Positions 1-17,149 of a stretch of DNA of 64,000 bases are shown here, in pieces. Origin of the DNA: an uncultured Candidatus Binatia bacterium (lineage in GTDB: Bacteria; Desulfobacterota; Binatia; UBA9968; JAJDTQ01). Each line of letters opens with the position of its first letter. Position 1 is the first letter of the stretch. Made by a program: the position numbers and the translations under genes. The stretch is taken from the NCBI GenBank assembly GCA_965215605.1, contig OZ244070.1, positions 2,592,001 through 2,656,000 on the forward strand, in the 5' to 3' direction. The notes below the pieces were generated by a model. The model had not been told where the DNA came from and made no database searches. It saw nothing but the letters and a program-made list of their open reading frames with translations.

Positions 1-2
1 AG

Positions 3-518
3 GGCCGCAAGCTCCGGGTTTTCGGCAGCAAGCTGGAGGTCGAGACCCTGCGCCGGCTCGGCGCCGCGGGCGTGCCCATGCCGCTATCCGAGGTGGTGCC
101 GGCGATCCAGCAGAAGACCATCGACGGCAACAAGGCCGGCATCACCATCTTCGTCCCCTTCAAGTACCAGCGCATCGCCAAGTACGTGCTGAAGCCCGGC
201 GAGGGGCTGATCTGCAGCGGCCGCTTCGTGAGCAAGGTGTGGTTCGACAAGCTGGCCCCCGATCTCCAGAAGGCGATCCTGGACCAGGCGCTGGCCACCG
301 ACCCGCTCAACCAGGCGTGGACCCTCAAGTTCGTCGAGCGCATGTACAACATCTGGCTCAAGGCCGGCGGCGAGCTGGCGGAGCTGTCGCCCGAGGATCA
401 GAAGGAATTGCGGCGGCGTCTGTCCACCGTGGGCGACGACGTGCTGAAGGACCGTCCGGAGGTGCTGGAGACCTACCGCGTCATGAAGGAGGCGGCCGGG
501 CGCACCCGCGGCGGCTGA
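3..518 (+). CDS. dctP: TRAP transporter substrate-binding protein (DctP family), 5'-truncated by window edge
   Basis: Open frame from window start GRKLRVFGSKLEVETLRRLGAAGVPMPLSEVVPAIQQKTIDG, typical DctP core; precedes dctQ/dctM-like genes. Confidence 0.85.
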   Translation, partial: GRKLRVFGSKLEVETLRRLGAAGVPMPLSEVVPAIQQKTIDGNKAGITIFVPFKYQRIAKYVLKPGEGLICSGRFVSKVWFDKLAPDLQKAILDQALATDPLNQAWTLKFVERMYNIWLKAGGELAELSPEDQKELRRRLSTVGDDVLKDRPEVLETYRVMKEAAGRTRGG

Positions 519-611
519 GGCATCCCCAGGTAGTGAGCCTTTCCCCCAACCACCGCGCCTTGCTGACGAGGCGCGGCGCCGCCGCGTCCGTGCGCGGAGG
601 GGTCCAGTCCC

Positions 612-1166
612 ATGAATGATATCCCGGCGCCCCTTCACTTCGTCATCGTGACGGTACCCAGGGTCGTGGTCGGCGTGTTGATCCTTGCCGGCATCGCCGT
701 CAACTTCGCCAACGTCATCGGGCGGTACGTCTTCCTTCAGCCCCTCATCTGGGCCGACGAGGCCATGGTCTACATCATGGTCTGGATGGTCTTCATGGGC
801 GCGGTCCTGGTTTCCTTCCAGGGGCAGCACCTCAAGATGGACTTTTTCTCCATCCTGCTGCCCTCGCCCTGGAAGGAGATCGTCAACGGCATCGCCACGG
901 TTTCGTTCCTCGCGGTGTGCGTCTTCGTCGTTCCCCAGACCTGGACCGTGGTGAAGCTCGTGTGGAACTTCGGCCAGCGCAGCGTCGTCGCCGAGGTCCC
1001 CATGGTGATACCGCACTCCGCGCTGCTGCTGGGCTTCGTGCTCATGTTCCTGGCGGTGGCGCTCCGCTTCCGTTCGTACGTGAAGGGCGAGTTCGCCGGC
1101 GAGATCGTGCAGGGATACGGTGGCGACGAGTCGGACCGCCTGGCCCCTCCGTCATCCCGGACTTGA
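612..1166 (+). CDS. dctQ: TRAP transporter small permease
   Basis: About 4 hydrophobic segments, VIGRYVF...WADE motif, HLKMD. Confidence 0.85.
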   Translation: MNDIPAPLHFVIVTVPRVVVGVLILAGIAVNFANVIGRYVFLQPLIWADEAMVYIMVWMVFMGAVLVSFQGQHLKMDFFSILLPSPWKEIVNGIATVSFLAVCVFVVPQTWTVVKLVWNFGQRSVVAEVPMVIPHSALLLGFVLMFLAVALRFRSYVKGEFAGEIVQGYGGDESDRLAPPSSRT

Positions 1167-1178
1167 TCCGGGATCCAG
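1150..1178 (+). repeat. REP-like palindrome, family A (CGTCATCCCGGACTTGATCCGGGATCCAG)
   Basis: Hairpin ATCCCGGA/TCCGGGAT; near-identical copies at 17079 and 52129; contains the dctQ stop codon. Confidence 0.8.
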
Positions 1179-1236
1179 GATTTCAAACATCCCGGAGGTT
1201 TTCCGGTACGGGCACGGACTGAAAGGGGACGATTTC

Positions 1237-2511
1237 GTGGAATGGGTGATGGCCCTTGTGCCGGTGATCCTGCTGCTGCTGGGATTCCCGATCTTCGTCA
1301 TCCTGCTGGCCACATCCGCCATCGTGCTGCTGCTGTTCGCGCCGGTGCCGCCCATGGCGGTGCACATCAACATGTTCGGCAGTGTCGACAAGTTCGCCCT
1401 GATGGCGGTGCCGTTCTTCATCTTCGCCGGAGACCTGATGGGCCGGGGCGGCATCTCCAGGCGCATCGTCGCTTGGGTCCTCTCGGTCATCGGCGGCGTG
1501 CGCGGCAGCCTGGCACTGACCGCGGTTGGGACCTGTACCGTCTTCGGAGCGATTTCCGGTTCCAGCCCGGCCACGGTGGCCGCGGTCGGGCGGCTGCTCT
1601 ACCGGCCGCTCCGGGAAGCCGGCTACGACGAGAAGTTCTCCACCGGCCTGCTGACGTCATCGGGCGCCATCGCCATCGTGATACCGCCGTCCATCGGCAT
1701 GATCCTCTACGGCGTGTCGGCGCAGGAGTCGGTGGTGCTGCTGTTCGTGGCCGGCATCGTCCCCGGCCTGATCATGGCGCTGCTGATGGCCGCCTACATC
1801 TACGTGTTCGCCGTGAGGCGGGGCATCCGCGAGGCTTCGGGATTCTCGTTCCAGGAGTTCCTGGCGGCCAGCAGGGACGGCGTGTGGGCCCTGGGCATGC
1901 CCGTCATCATCCTCGGGGGCATCTACGCGGGCGTCTTCTCGCCCACCGAGGCGGCCGGCATCGCCTGCGTCTATGCCATCGTGGTGACGCGTTTCATCTA
2001 CGGCGACATCGGCTGGAAAGGGATCTGGGAGGTATCGGTCAACTCCATGTACCTGACGGCCCAGGTGCTGATCATCGTCGCCGCTGCCGGGGTCTTCTCC
2101 CAGCTTCTGACCATCAGCGGGGCGCCGCAGAGCGTGGTGGGGATGGTCCGGGACATGGACCTGCCGCCGTGGATGGCGCTGCTGGCCATCAACGTCTTCC
2201 TGCTGTTCGTGGGCTGCCTGCTCGATCCCGCCTCGGCGATCCTGGTGCTCACGCCGCTGCTGGCGCCCATCGCGGCGGCCATCGGCGTGGACCTGGTCCA
2301 TTTCGGCATCATCATGACCGTGAACCTCGCCGTCGGCATGTTCACCCCGCCCTTCGGGCTGAACATCTTCGTGACCCAGGCGCTCTTCAAGACGCCGCTC
2401 ACGAGTATCTACCCGGGGCTGGCGCCGTTCATCGCCATCAACATCGTCGCGCTCCTGATCGTCACCTACGTTCCGGAGCTCTCGCTGTTCCTGACCCGCT
2501 ACCTGGGCTGA
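1237..2511 (+). CDS. dctM: TRAP transporter large permease
   Basis: LMAVPFFIFAG, FGAISGSS, IVIPPSIGMILY, FSPTEAA, GMFTPPFGLN motifs; GTG start chosen at 1237. Confidence 0.9.
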   Translation: MEWVMALVPVILLLLGFPIFVILLATSAIVLLLFAPVPPMAVHINMFGSVDKFALMAVPFFIFAGDLMGRGGISRRIVAWVLSVIGGVRGSLALTAVGTCTVFGAISGSSPATVAAVGRLLYRPLREAGYDEKFSTGLLTSSGAIAIVIPPSIGMILYGVSAQESVVLLFVAGIVPGLIMALLMAAYIYVFAVRRGIREASGFSFQEFLAASRDGVWALGMPVIILGGIYAGVFSPTEAAGIACVYAIVVTRFIYGDIGWKGIWEVSVNSMYLTAQVLIIVAAAGVFSQLLTISGAPQSVVGMVRDMDLPPWMALLAINVFLLFVGCLLDPASAILVLTPLLAPIAAAIGVDLVHFGIIMTVNLAVGMFTPPFGLNIFVTQALFKTPLTSIYPGLAPFIAINIVALLIVTYVPELSLFLTRYLG

Positions 2512-2527
2512 ATCTCCCGGATACTCC

Positions 2528-3406
2528 ATGGCGAAGGATCCGCGAGCGCTCGTCAGCGTTGTCATCCCCACCTACAACCGGTGGCCGATGGTCGGAGAGG
2601 CCGTGGACTCGGTCCTGGCGCAGACCGCAAGCGACTACGAGCTGATCGTGGTCGACGACGGCTCCACCGATGAGACCCCGCGGCGCTTGCGGGACTACGG
2701 CGTCCGGCTCGAGGTGCTGACCCAGGACCGCCGAGGGGTGGCGGCCGCCCGAAACCTTGGGGTTTCCCGGGCCTCGGGCAGCCATCTGGCCTTCCTGGAC
2801 TCCGACGATCTCTGGGATCCGCGCAAGCTGCAGCGGCAAGTCGACTTCATGGAAAGAAGCCCTGACGTGAAGATCTGTCAGACCGACGAGATCTGGATCC
2901 GCAACGGCGTGCGCGTCAACCCGAGGAACAAACACCGCAAGCCCTCGGGCGACATCTTCCGCGCCAGCCTCGAACTCTGCCTGGTCAGCCCTTCAGCGGT
3001 GATGATGCGGCGGGAGCTTTTCGAAAGGGCAGGAGGCTTCGACGAGTCGCTGCCCGTGTGCGAGGACTACGACCTGTGGCTGCGGATTTCCAAAGACACC
3101 GAGATCCCGCTGGTTCCCGAGGCGCTGGTCACCAGGCGCGGCGGGCACGCGGATCAGCTTTCCCGCTCCACCTGGGGGTTCGACCGCTTCCGCGTGGCGG
3201 CCATCGCCAACCTCATCGAGGCCGGGCTGGAGGGCGAGAAGGCCGGCTGGGCCTTGGAGGCCATGACGAAAAAGGTTAGGATTTTGGCCAAAGGCGCCCG
3301 CAAGCGCGGCAACGAAGCCATGGCTCGGGCGTACGAAGAGCGGCTGCGCCGGACCGCCCGTCTTGGAGTCCCGAACGCAAGGGTTGTATCGGGCGCTTCA
3401 GGGTAG
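2528..3406 (+). CDS. Glycosyltransferase family 2 protein
   Basis: VSVVIPTYNR, VVDDGSTD, AARNLG, FLDSDD, EDYDLWLR motifs. Confidence 0.9.
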   Translation: MAKDPRALVSVVIPTYNRWPMVGEAVDSVLAQTASDYELIVVDDGSTDETPRRLRDYGVRLEVLTQDRRGVAAARNLGVSRASGSHLAFLDSDDLWDPRKLQRQVDFMERSPDVKICQTDEIWIRNGVRVNPRNKHRKPSGDIFRASLELCLVSPSAVMMRRELFERAGGFDESLPVCEDYDLWLRISKDTEIPLVPEALVTRRGGHADQLSRSTWGFDRFRVAAIANLIEAGLEGEKAGWALEAMTKKVRILAKGARKRGNEAMARAYEERLRRTARLGVPNARVVSGASG

Positions 3407-3453
3407 GGAAGGGCACTGACACCCGAATCGTCATTCGCGCGCTCCCTCCCGTT

Positions 3454-4026
3454 ATGGAACCGCCCGTGAACGAGATGGCACTGCACGAAGAAGTCACGGA
3501 CTACGGCCGCGACCGCGGCATTCACGCCCAAGCCGTGGAGCGATGGCTGGCGCTGGCCGAGGCGGACCAGCAGGCCCTGCTCGGGCTCGCCCGGAGCCTC
3601 AGGCTCGGCGGCAACCACTTCAACGATTTCCTGGACTGGTGCGTGGAGATATCCCTGCGGGACGGCTGTTCCGTCGCGTCCGTCATCGACGGCAAGGAGC
3701 TGGCGCCGACGCTGTCGGACAGCCGCATGGGGCGGAACGACAAGCTCAAGCACGCCAAGGAGGCCCTGCGGCGGCGGCGTTACCCCCGTCTGACCCGGAT
3801 CGAGGACGAGGTCCGCGCCCGGCTCCGCAGCCTGAAGCTCGATCCACGCATCCGCATCACGGTGGCGCCGGGACTCGAAGGCGGCCTCAAGGTGGAGTTG
3901 CAGGCCGGCGGGGTGGAAGCATTGGCCCGGCTGGCCCGCGAGGTCGAGGCCCTGGCGGACAACGACACCGCAAGGGAGGTATTTGCGCTCATGGAGGGGA
4001 AAGAGGGTGCAGGCATATCGGCCTGA
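3454..4026 (+). CDS. Hypothetical helical protein, possibly resembling the C-terminal part of ParB-like proteins
   Basis: GC3-rich 190-aa ORF between GT2 and SPL-like genes, overlapping the SPL-like start; LRRRRYPRLTRIE segment. Confidence 0.6.
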   Translation: MEPPVNEMALHEEVTDYGRDRGIHAQAVERWLALAEADQQALLGLARSLRLGGNHFNDFLDWCVEISLRDGCSVASVIDGKELAPTLSDSRMGRNDKLKHAKEALRRRRYPRLTRIEDEVRARLRSLKLDPRIRITVAPGLEGGLKVELQAGGVEALARLAREVEALADNDTAREVFALMEGKEGAGISA

Positions 4027-5104
4027 AAGGGTCATCGTGGAAAGCGGCTCCGAGGGGTCGGTGATCTTCGACAACCTCCGGAGGGCGCTGCCGGACGTGC
4101 CGTTCATCACCGTCCCGGATCCGCAACGTCATTGGGCGGGTCTCGACGGCGGCGACGATCCCATCTCCCGGGGCAAGCGCGACCTGCTGCTGACGCGCCA
4201 CAAGGGGAAGTTCCTCAAGGTATGCCCGGGCAGTGACGGTCAGGTCTGCTGCAACTACTTCATCATCAACTTCGCCAGCAACTGCCCCATGGACTGCAGC
4301 TACTGCTACCTGCAGGACTACCTCGCCGAGAACCCGGCTCTCAAGGTGTTCAGCAACGTCGACGACCTCGTGGCGGAAACACGGGACCTGCTGGCGAAGC
4401 ACCGGGACTACTTCTTCCGCATCGGCACCGGCGAGATCACCGACAGCCTGGCGCTGGAGCCCCTCATCGGCTTCGCCGAGGCCACCGTGCCGTTCTTCGC
4501 CGAGCAGCCCAACGCGCTGCTGGAGTTCAAGACCAAGAGCGACCATGTGGAGGGACTCCTCGGCCTCGACCCCAAGGATCGTGTTGTGGTCTCCTGGTCC
4601 ATGAACCCCCAGTCCGTCATCGACGCCGACGAGGGGCTCACCGCCTCGCTGGAAGAGCGGCTCGACGCCGCCTGGCGCTGCCAGCAGGCCGGTTACAAGC
4701 TGGGCTTCCACTTCGACCCCATGGTGGAGTACCCCGGCTGGGAAGAAGACTACCGCGACCTGCTGCACCGGATATTCACGCGCCTGGACCACCGCCGCAT
4801 GGCCTGGACCAGCATGGGCGTCCTGCGCACCACCCCGTCCCTCAAGCGCGTCATGCGCCAGCGCTTCCCCGCCACCCGCATCCTCTCCGGCGAGCAGGTA
4901 CCATGCCCCGACGGCAAGATGCGCTACTTCCAGCCCCTGCGCGTGGCCATGTACCGAAACATGCGCCAATGGATCCGCGACGCCGCCCCGCTGGTCCCCA
5001 TCTACCTCTGCATGGAAACCCGCGAGGTCTGGGACCAGGTCTTCGGCTACTTCCCGAGCTGCGGCAAGGAACTGGGGAACGAGTTGGTGGGAGCGGTCTC
5101 CTGA
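4007..5104 (+). CDS. Spore photoproduct lyase-like radical SAM protein
   Basis: CxxxCxxC (NCPMDCSYCYLQ), RIGTGEITDSL, EFKTKS, VSWSMNP, GFHFDP, DGKMRYF, YLCME. Confidence 0.85.
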   Translation: MQAYRPERVIVESGSEGSVIFDNLRRALPDVPFITVPDPQRHWAGLDGGDDPISRGKRDLLLTRHKGKFLKVCPGSDGQVCCNYFIINFASNCPMDCSYCYLQDYLAENPALKVFSNVDDLVAETRDLLAKHRDYFFRIGTGEITDSLALEPLIGFAEATVPFFAEQPNALLEFKTKSDHVEGLLGLDPKDRVVVSWSMNPQSVIDADEGLTASLEERLDAAWRCQQAGYKLGFHFDPMVEYPGWEEDYRDLLHRIFTRLDHRRMAWTSMGVLRTTPSLKRVMRQRFPATRILSGEQVPCPDGKMRYFQPLRVAMYRNMRQWIRDAAPLVPIYLCMETREVWDQVFGYFPSCGKELGNELVGAVS

Positions 5105-5209
5105 CTCCAAGCGAGGAACATTCGGTCATATTTGCCGGAGAGGTCCCGGCGGAGGTTTCCTTCGTCCCCGAAAATTGCATCCTGCCCCCTGAATCGCTAT
5201 CCTGAGGCA

Positions 5210-8688
<3,479 letters not shown>

Positions 8689-8692
<4 letters not shown>

Positions 8693-9879
8693 AGCCCCCG
8701 CGGGGCGTACCGGGGTTCCGCTTCGCCGGGGTGGCGTGCGGCATCAAGGAGAGCGGCCGCAAGGACCTGGCGCTGATCGTCTCCGACGGCCCCGCCGCCG
8801 CCGCCGCGATCTTCACCAGGAACCGCATCAAGAGCCCCAGCGTGACGGCGGGCATGCAGCACGTGCGCGGTGGGTTCCTCCATGCGGTGGTGGTCAACAG
8901 CGGCAACGCCAACGCCTGCACCGGCCCCGGCGGGCTGCGGGATTCCAGGGCCATGTGCGCCGAGACCGCCCGGCACCTGGGCATCGACGCGCAACGGGTG
9001 CTGCCTTCCTCCACCGGCATCATCGGCGTGCCGCTCCCCATGGACAAGATCGCGCAAGGCATCGCGGACGCGGCGGCGGCGCTGTCGCCGGACGGTCTTC
9101 AGGAAGCGGTGGAAGCGATCATGACCACCGACAACGGCCCCAAGACCGCGGCGGCGTCGTGCCGCATCGGCGGCCGTACCGTGCACGTCGCCGGCATCGC
9201 CAAGGGCGCCGGCATGATCGCCCCCAACATGGCGACCATGCTGTGCTACGTCCTGACCGACGCGGCCGTCGCCCCGGCCGCGCTACGGCCCATGCTGCGC
9301 CGGGCCGCGGACGGCACGTTCCACGCCATCACCGTGGACGGCGACACCAGCACCAACGACACCTTGCTGTGCATGGCCAACGGCGTCGCAGGCAACCCAC
9401 GCATCAGCCGCGGCGGCGAGGGCGAGGAGGCGCTGGAGCGGGCGCTGACGCGGGTCATGAAGGAACTGGCGCTCAAGGTCGTGGCCGACGGGGAGGGCAC
9501 CACGAAGCTGGTGGAGATCCGGGTGGACGGCGCCCGGACCGACGGCGAGGCCCGCAAGGTGGCCTTCACCGTGGCCAACTCCAAGCTCGTCAAGACCGCC
9601 TTCTTCGGCCAGGACCCCAACATCGGCCGGTTCATGATGGCCATCGGCAACGCCGGTGTGCCCGTGGTGGAGGCAACCATCGACATCGTCCTTGGCGGCG
9701 TCAAGGTGGTGCGCCGGGGCCTGGCCGTGGGCACCCGCGAGACCGCCGCCGCCAAGGTCATGCAGCGCCCGTCCTTCACCGTCCGCATCAACCTCGGTAT
9801 GGGCGACGCCCGCACCTCGGTGTGGACCTCCGACCTCGGCCACGAGTACGTCCGCATCAATTCGGACTACCGCACCTGA
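8689..9879 (+). CDS. argJ: Bifunctional glutamate N-acetyltransferase/amino-acid acetyltransferase ArgJ
   Basis: [43 protein letters not shown] autocleavage site, DGEG; GTGA overlap with secA stop. Confidence 0.95.
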
Positions 9880-9921
9880 CACGGACTACCGCACGCGACA
9901 TTCATTGAAGCCCGGGATCGA

Positions 9922-11364
<1,443 letters not shown>

Positions 11365-11446
11365 GGTTTCGCAGGTAACAGAAAGGCCGGGGCTCCGCAA
11401 TCACGCCCGCGCCGATGACCCTGACTTGTCGTTCCCGCCTTCCCGC

Positions 11447-11474
11447 CGTCATTCCCGCGAAAGCGGGAATCCAG
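11447..11474 (+). repeat. REP-like palindrome, family B (CGTCATTCCCGCGAAAGCGGGAATCCAG; fits dRS3 pattern ATTCCC-N8-GGGAAT)
   Basis: Hairpin with GAAA loop; copies at 40544, 46805 (reverse) and 59124. Confidence 0.8.
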
Positions 11475-11571
11475 GGGCGGAGAGGACGGGTGAGCGGTCA
11501 TTATTGACGATGTTCGCAGTTTACTGTTACGGATTCAGAATCATCTCTGGCGTTTGGGGCAAGGAGGAACC

Positions 11572-12726
11572 ATGGCCAATCTCGGAGGAAAATACGCCAT
11601 CGTGGGCGTGGGCGAGACTCTGGTGGGCAAGCGTCCGGACGGCACCACGCACTCGCTGCATCTGGAATCGATCCGGGAGTGTCTCGATGACGCCGGCATC
11701 CGCGGCGACGCGGTGGACGGGTTCCTCACCAACCAGCCGTTGAACGACGCTCACAGAAGCTACGCGGTGCGGCTGGCGCACATGGCCGGCATCACGCCGG
11801 TCTACGCCACCGACCTCGCCCTGGGGGGCGCCACGCCCATCGCCATGGTGCAGCACGCGGTCATGGCTATCGACGCCGGCATGTGCAGCACGGTGCTGTG
11901 CGTGCACGCGCGCAAGCGCTCCACCGGTGACGCCACCCCCGGTTACCCCATCCGCCGGGGCGACGAGCACTGGGAGCGGCCCTGGGGGCACTTCGCGGCC
12001 GCGGCCGGCCACGCGCTAGCGGCCCAGCGCCACATGTACGAGTTCGGCACCCGCAGCGAGGACCTGGCGGAGATCGCCGTCACCACCCGCCGGCACGCGT
12101 CGCTCAACGCCAACGCCACCATGAAGAAGCCCATCACCATCGAGGACCACCAGGCGTCCCGCATGATCGTCGAACCGCTTCATCTGTTGGACTGCTCGCT
12201 GGAGTCCGACGGCGGCGGCGCCGTGCTGGTGACCAGCCTGGAGCGCGCCAAGGACTTCCCCAAGCCTCCGGTGGTGATCCTCGGCATGGGGCAACACCAC
12301 CCCCACTTCAGCCTGCTGGACGCCCCCACCCTCACCACCCTGGGCGGGCGCAGGTCCTCGCGCATGGCCTACGACATGGCCGGGCTGGAGCCCAGGGACA
12401 TGGACTTCGCCGAGCTCTACGACTGCTTCACCATCACCGCCATGATCACCCTGGAGGACTACGGCTTCTGCGAGAAGGGCGAGGGCAAGGACTTCGTCAA
12501 GGACGGCCGCATCGGCATCAACGGCGAGATCCCCCTCAACACCCACGGCGGCCTCCTCTCCCAGGCCCACCTGGAAGGAATGCTGCACCTCACCGAAGGC
12601 GCCCGGCAACTCCGCGGCAACGAAGTCGAGCCCGAGCGCCAGGTCCCCGACGCCAGGGCCGGCATCATCAGCGGCCACGGCGGCAGCCTTGCCATGCATG
12701 CTTCTCTGATTCTGGGTACCGCGTGA
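11572..12726 (+). CDS. Thiolase-like protein (SCP-x/Ltp2 type, lacks nucleophilic Cys)
   Basis: AIVGVGET, LLDCSLESDGGGA, ELYDCFT, NTHGGLLS; AGGAGG RBS upstream. Confidence 0.85.
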   Translation: MANLGGKYAIVGVGETLVGKRPDGTTHSLHLESIRECLDDAGIRGDAVDGFLTNQPLNDAHRSYAVRLAHMAGITPVYATDLALGGATPIAMVQHAVMAIDAGMCSTVLCVHARKRSTGDATPGYPIRRGDEHWERPWGHFAAAAGHALAAQRHMYEFGTRSEDLAEIAVTTRRHASLNANATMKKPITIEDHQASRMIVEPLHLLDCSLESDGGGAVLVTSLERAKDFPKPPVVILGMGQHHPHFSLLDAPTLTTLGGRRSSRMAYDMAGLEPRDMDFAELYDCFTITAMITLEDYGFCEKGEGKDFVKDGRIGINGEIPLNTHGGLLSQAHLEGMLHLTEGARQLRGNEVEPERQVPDARAGIISGHGGSLAMHASLILGTA

Positions 12727-12755
12727 ACCGGCGTCACGCGGAATCCGGCCCGCTG

Positions 12756-14242
<1,487 letters not shown>

Positions 14243-14246
<4 letters not shown>

Positions 14247-14530
14247 TCAATGATCTTCGGGACGCTCAGGAAGTCGTCGTCCCGGGCGGGAGCGTTGCGC
14301 AGCAAGTCCTCGGTCCGCGGCTGGTTGACGGCCCGGTCCGGGCGCAGGACGTTGACCACGTCCACCGCGTGGGACATGGGCTCGACGCCGTCGGTGTCGA
14401 GCTCGTTGAGCTTGTCCACGTATTCGAGGATGCGGTCGAGCTGGCCGGCAAGCCTTTTCTGCTCGTCGGGAGTGAGGTCCAGACGGGCGAGGATGGCCAC
14501 GTGCCGGACCTCTTCGCTGGTGATTTTCAC
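14243..14530 (-). CDS. gatC: Asp/Glu-tRNA amidotransferase subunit C
   Basis: [12 protein letters not shown]...[18 protein letters not shown]...VPKIIE; 4-nt overlap with gatA. Confidence 0.95.
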
Positions 14531-14555
14531 GCCGATTTCTTATCATACGGCCCGA

Positions 14556-15344
14556 ATGTCCGGCAAACGAACCTCTCCCGCACCGTCCCGTCCCGGCCGG
14601 CTGCTCGCCCCGGAGCGCCGTGGACCCGACGGCATCGTGTACGAAACGGATGCCCTCTCCCGGGGTTTCCGGCGCATCGCGGGCGTGGACGAGGCCGGGC
14701 GGGGGCCTCTGGCGGGCCCGGTGGTGGCCGCGGCGGTGGTGTTCGAGCCCGGCGCCTTCAATCCCGACATCAGGGATTCGAAGCTCCTGAGCGCCCGGAA
14801 GCGCGAGCGCCTGGCGGACTGGATCAAGGAGCGGGCCACGTCCTGGGCCGTTGGGGTGGCCGATCCGGGGGAGATCGACCGCCTCAACATCCTGCGCGCG
14901 AGCCTCGTCGCCATGGCCCGGGCGGTCCGGGGCTTGGTCGTTACGCCGGACTACCTCATGATCGACGGCCCCTACGGCATTCCCGCCGCCAGCCTGGTGG
15001 AGGACGGCGGTCCGTGGACGGCGCCGCCGGCGCAGCGGACCGTCAAGGGCGGCGACCGGCTGTGCTTCTCCATTGCGGCGGCGTCCATCATCGCCAAGGT
15101 GGCCCGGGACCGCATGATGGTGGAGTTGGACTCCCAATACCCGGAGTATGGTTTCGCCAGCCACAAGGGTTACCGCAGCCGCCGCCACGCGGACGCCTTG
15201 GACCGCTACGGCCCCTGTCCGGTCCATCGCCGCAGCTTCAAGCCGGTGCGGGAATCACTGGAGCAGCGTGCGCCGGGCGCCGTCCAGCCCGCGCCGGAAG
15301 GCTTGCCGGTGCCGCTCTTTGGTGCCAGAAATAGGGATGGGTGA
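14556..15344 (+). CDS. rnhB: Ribonuclease HII
   Basis: AGVDEAGRGPLAGPVV, DSK, IDG, SIAAASIIAKVARD, HKGY, HRRSF; start uncertain. Confidence 0.93.
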   Translation: MSGKRTSPAPSRPGRLLAPERRGPDGIVYETDALSRGFRRIAGVDEAGRGPLAGPVVAAAVVFEPGAFNPDIRDSKLLSARKRERLADWIKERATSWAVGVADPGEIDRLNILRASLVAMARAVRGLVVTPDYLMIDGPYGIPAASLVEDGGPWTAPPAQRTVKGGDRLCFSIAAASIIAKVARDRMMVELDSQYPEYGFASHKGYRSRRHADALDRYGPCPVHRRSFKPVRESLEQRAPGAVQPAPEGLPVPLFGARNRDG

Positions 15345-15708
15345 TGGACGGAAGTCCCTGGGCAAGACCGGAGAAGATATCGCCGAGCGCTACCTCAAAC
15401 GGCAGGGTTACGCCGTGGTCGAACGCAATTTCCGGTGCCCCTTGGGCGAAATCGATTTGATCGCCGTCAACAAGCAAGCCGTCGTGTTCGTGGAGGTGAA
15501 GACCCGCAGGGTGGACACGTCCGGCGCCCCGTTGGAATCGGTCAACGCCGTCAAGCAGCGCCGGTTGAAGCGCGCCGCCCTTCACTATCTCAACAAGCAC
15601 CGTCTGCATGACCGGGACGTCCAGTTCGATGTCGTTGGCATATCGCTCGGGTCGAATCCGCCGGCGGTTCGGCATGTCCGTCATGCGTTCGACTTTTCGG
15701 AGGAGTAG
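15337..15708 (+). CDS. yraN: YraN family putative endonuclease
   Basis: LGKTGEDIAERYL, RNFR, GEIDLI, VFVEVKTR, FDVV; follows rnhB. Confidence 0.9.
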   Translation: MGDGRKSLGKTGEDIAERYLKRQGYAVVERNFRCPLGEIDLIAVNKQAVVFVEVKTRRVDTSGAPLESVNAVKQRRLKRAALHYLNKHRLHDRDVQFDVVGISLGSNPPAVRHVRHAFDFSEE

Positions 15709-15743
15709 CAGGGGGCGCGGGTTCTGTTCACGAGAAGGGATGA

Positions 15744-17027
<1,284 letters not shown>

Positions 17028-17078
17028 CGGCGGCCCCTCCGCACTTCGTGATTCCTGACTGTCTCGGGTTCCCTCACC

Positions 17079-17107
17079 CGTCATGCCGGGCTTGACCCGG
17101 CATCCAG
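17079..17107 (+). repeat. REP-like palindrome, family A
   Basis: CGTCATGCCGGGCTTGACCCGGCATCCAG between convergent serS and ATPase genes. Confidence 0.8.
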
Positions 17108-17149
17108 GCCCTGGACCACCAGGATCGTTCAGGAGTCGCCACGGTTTCT

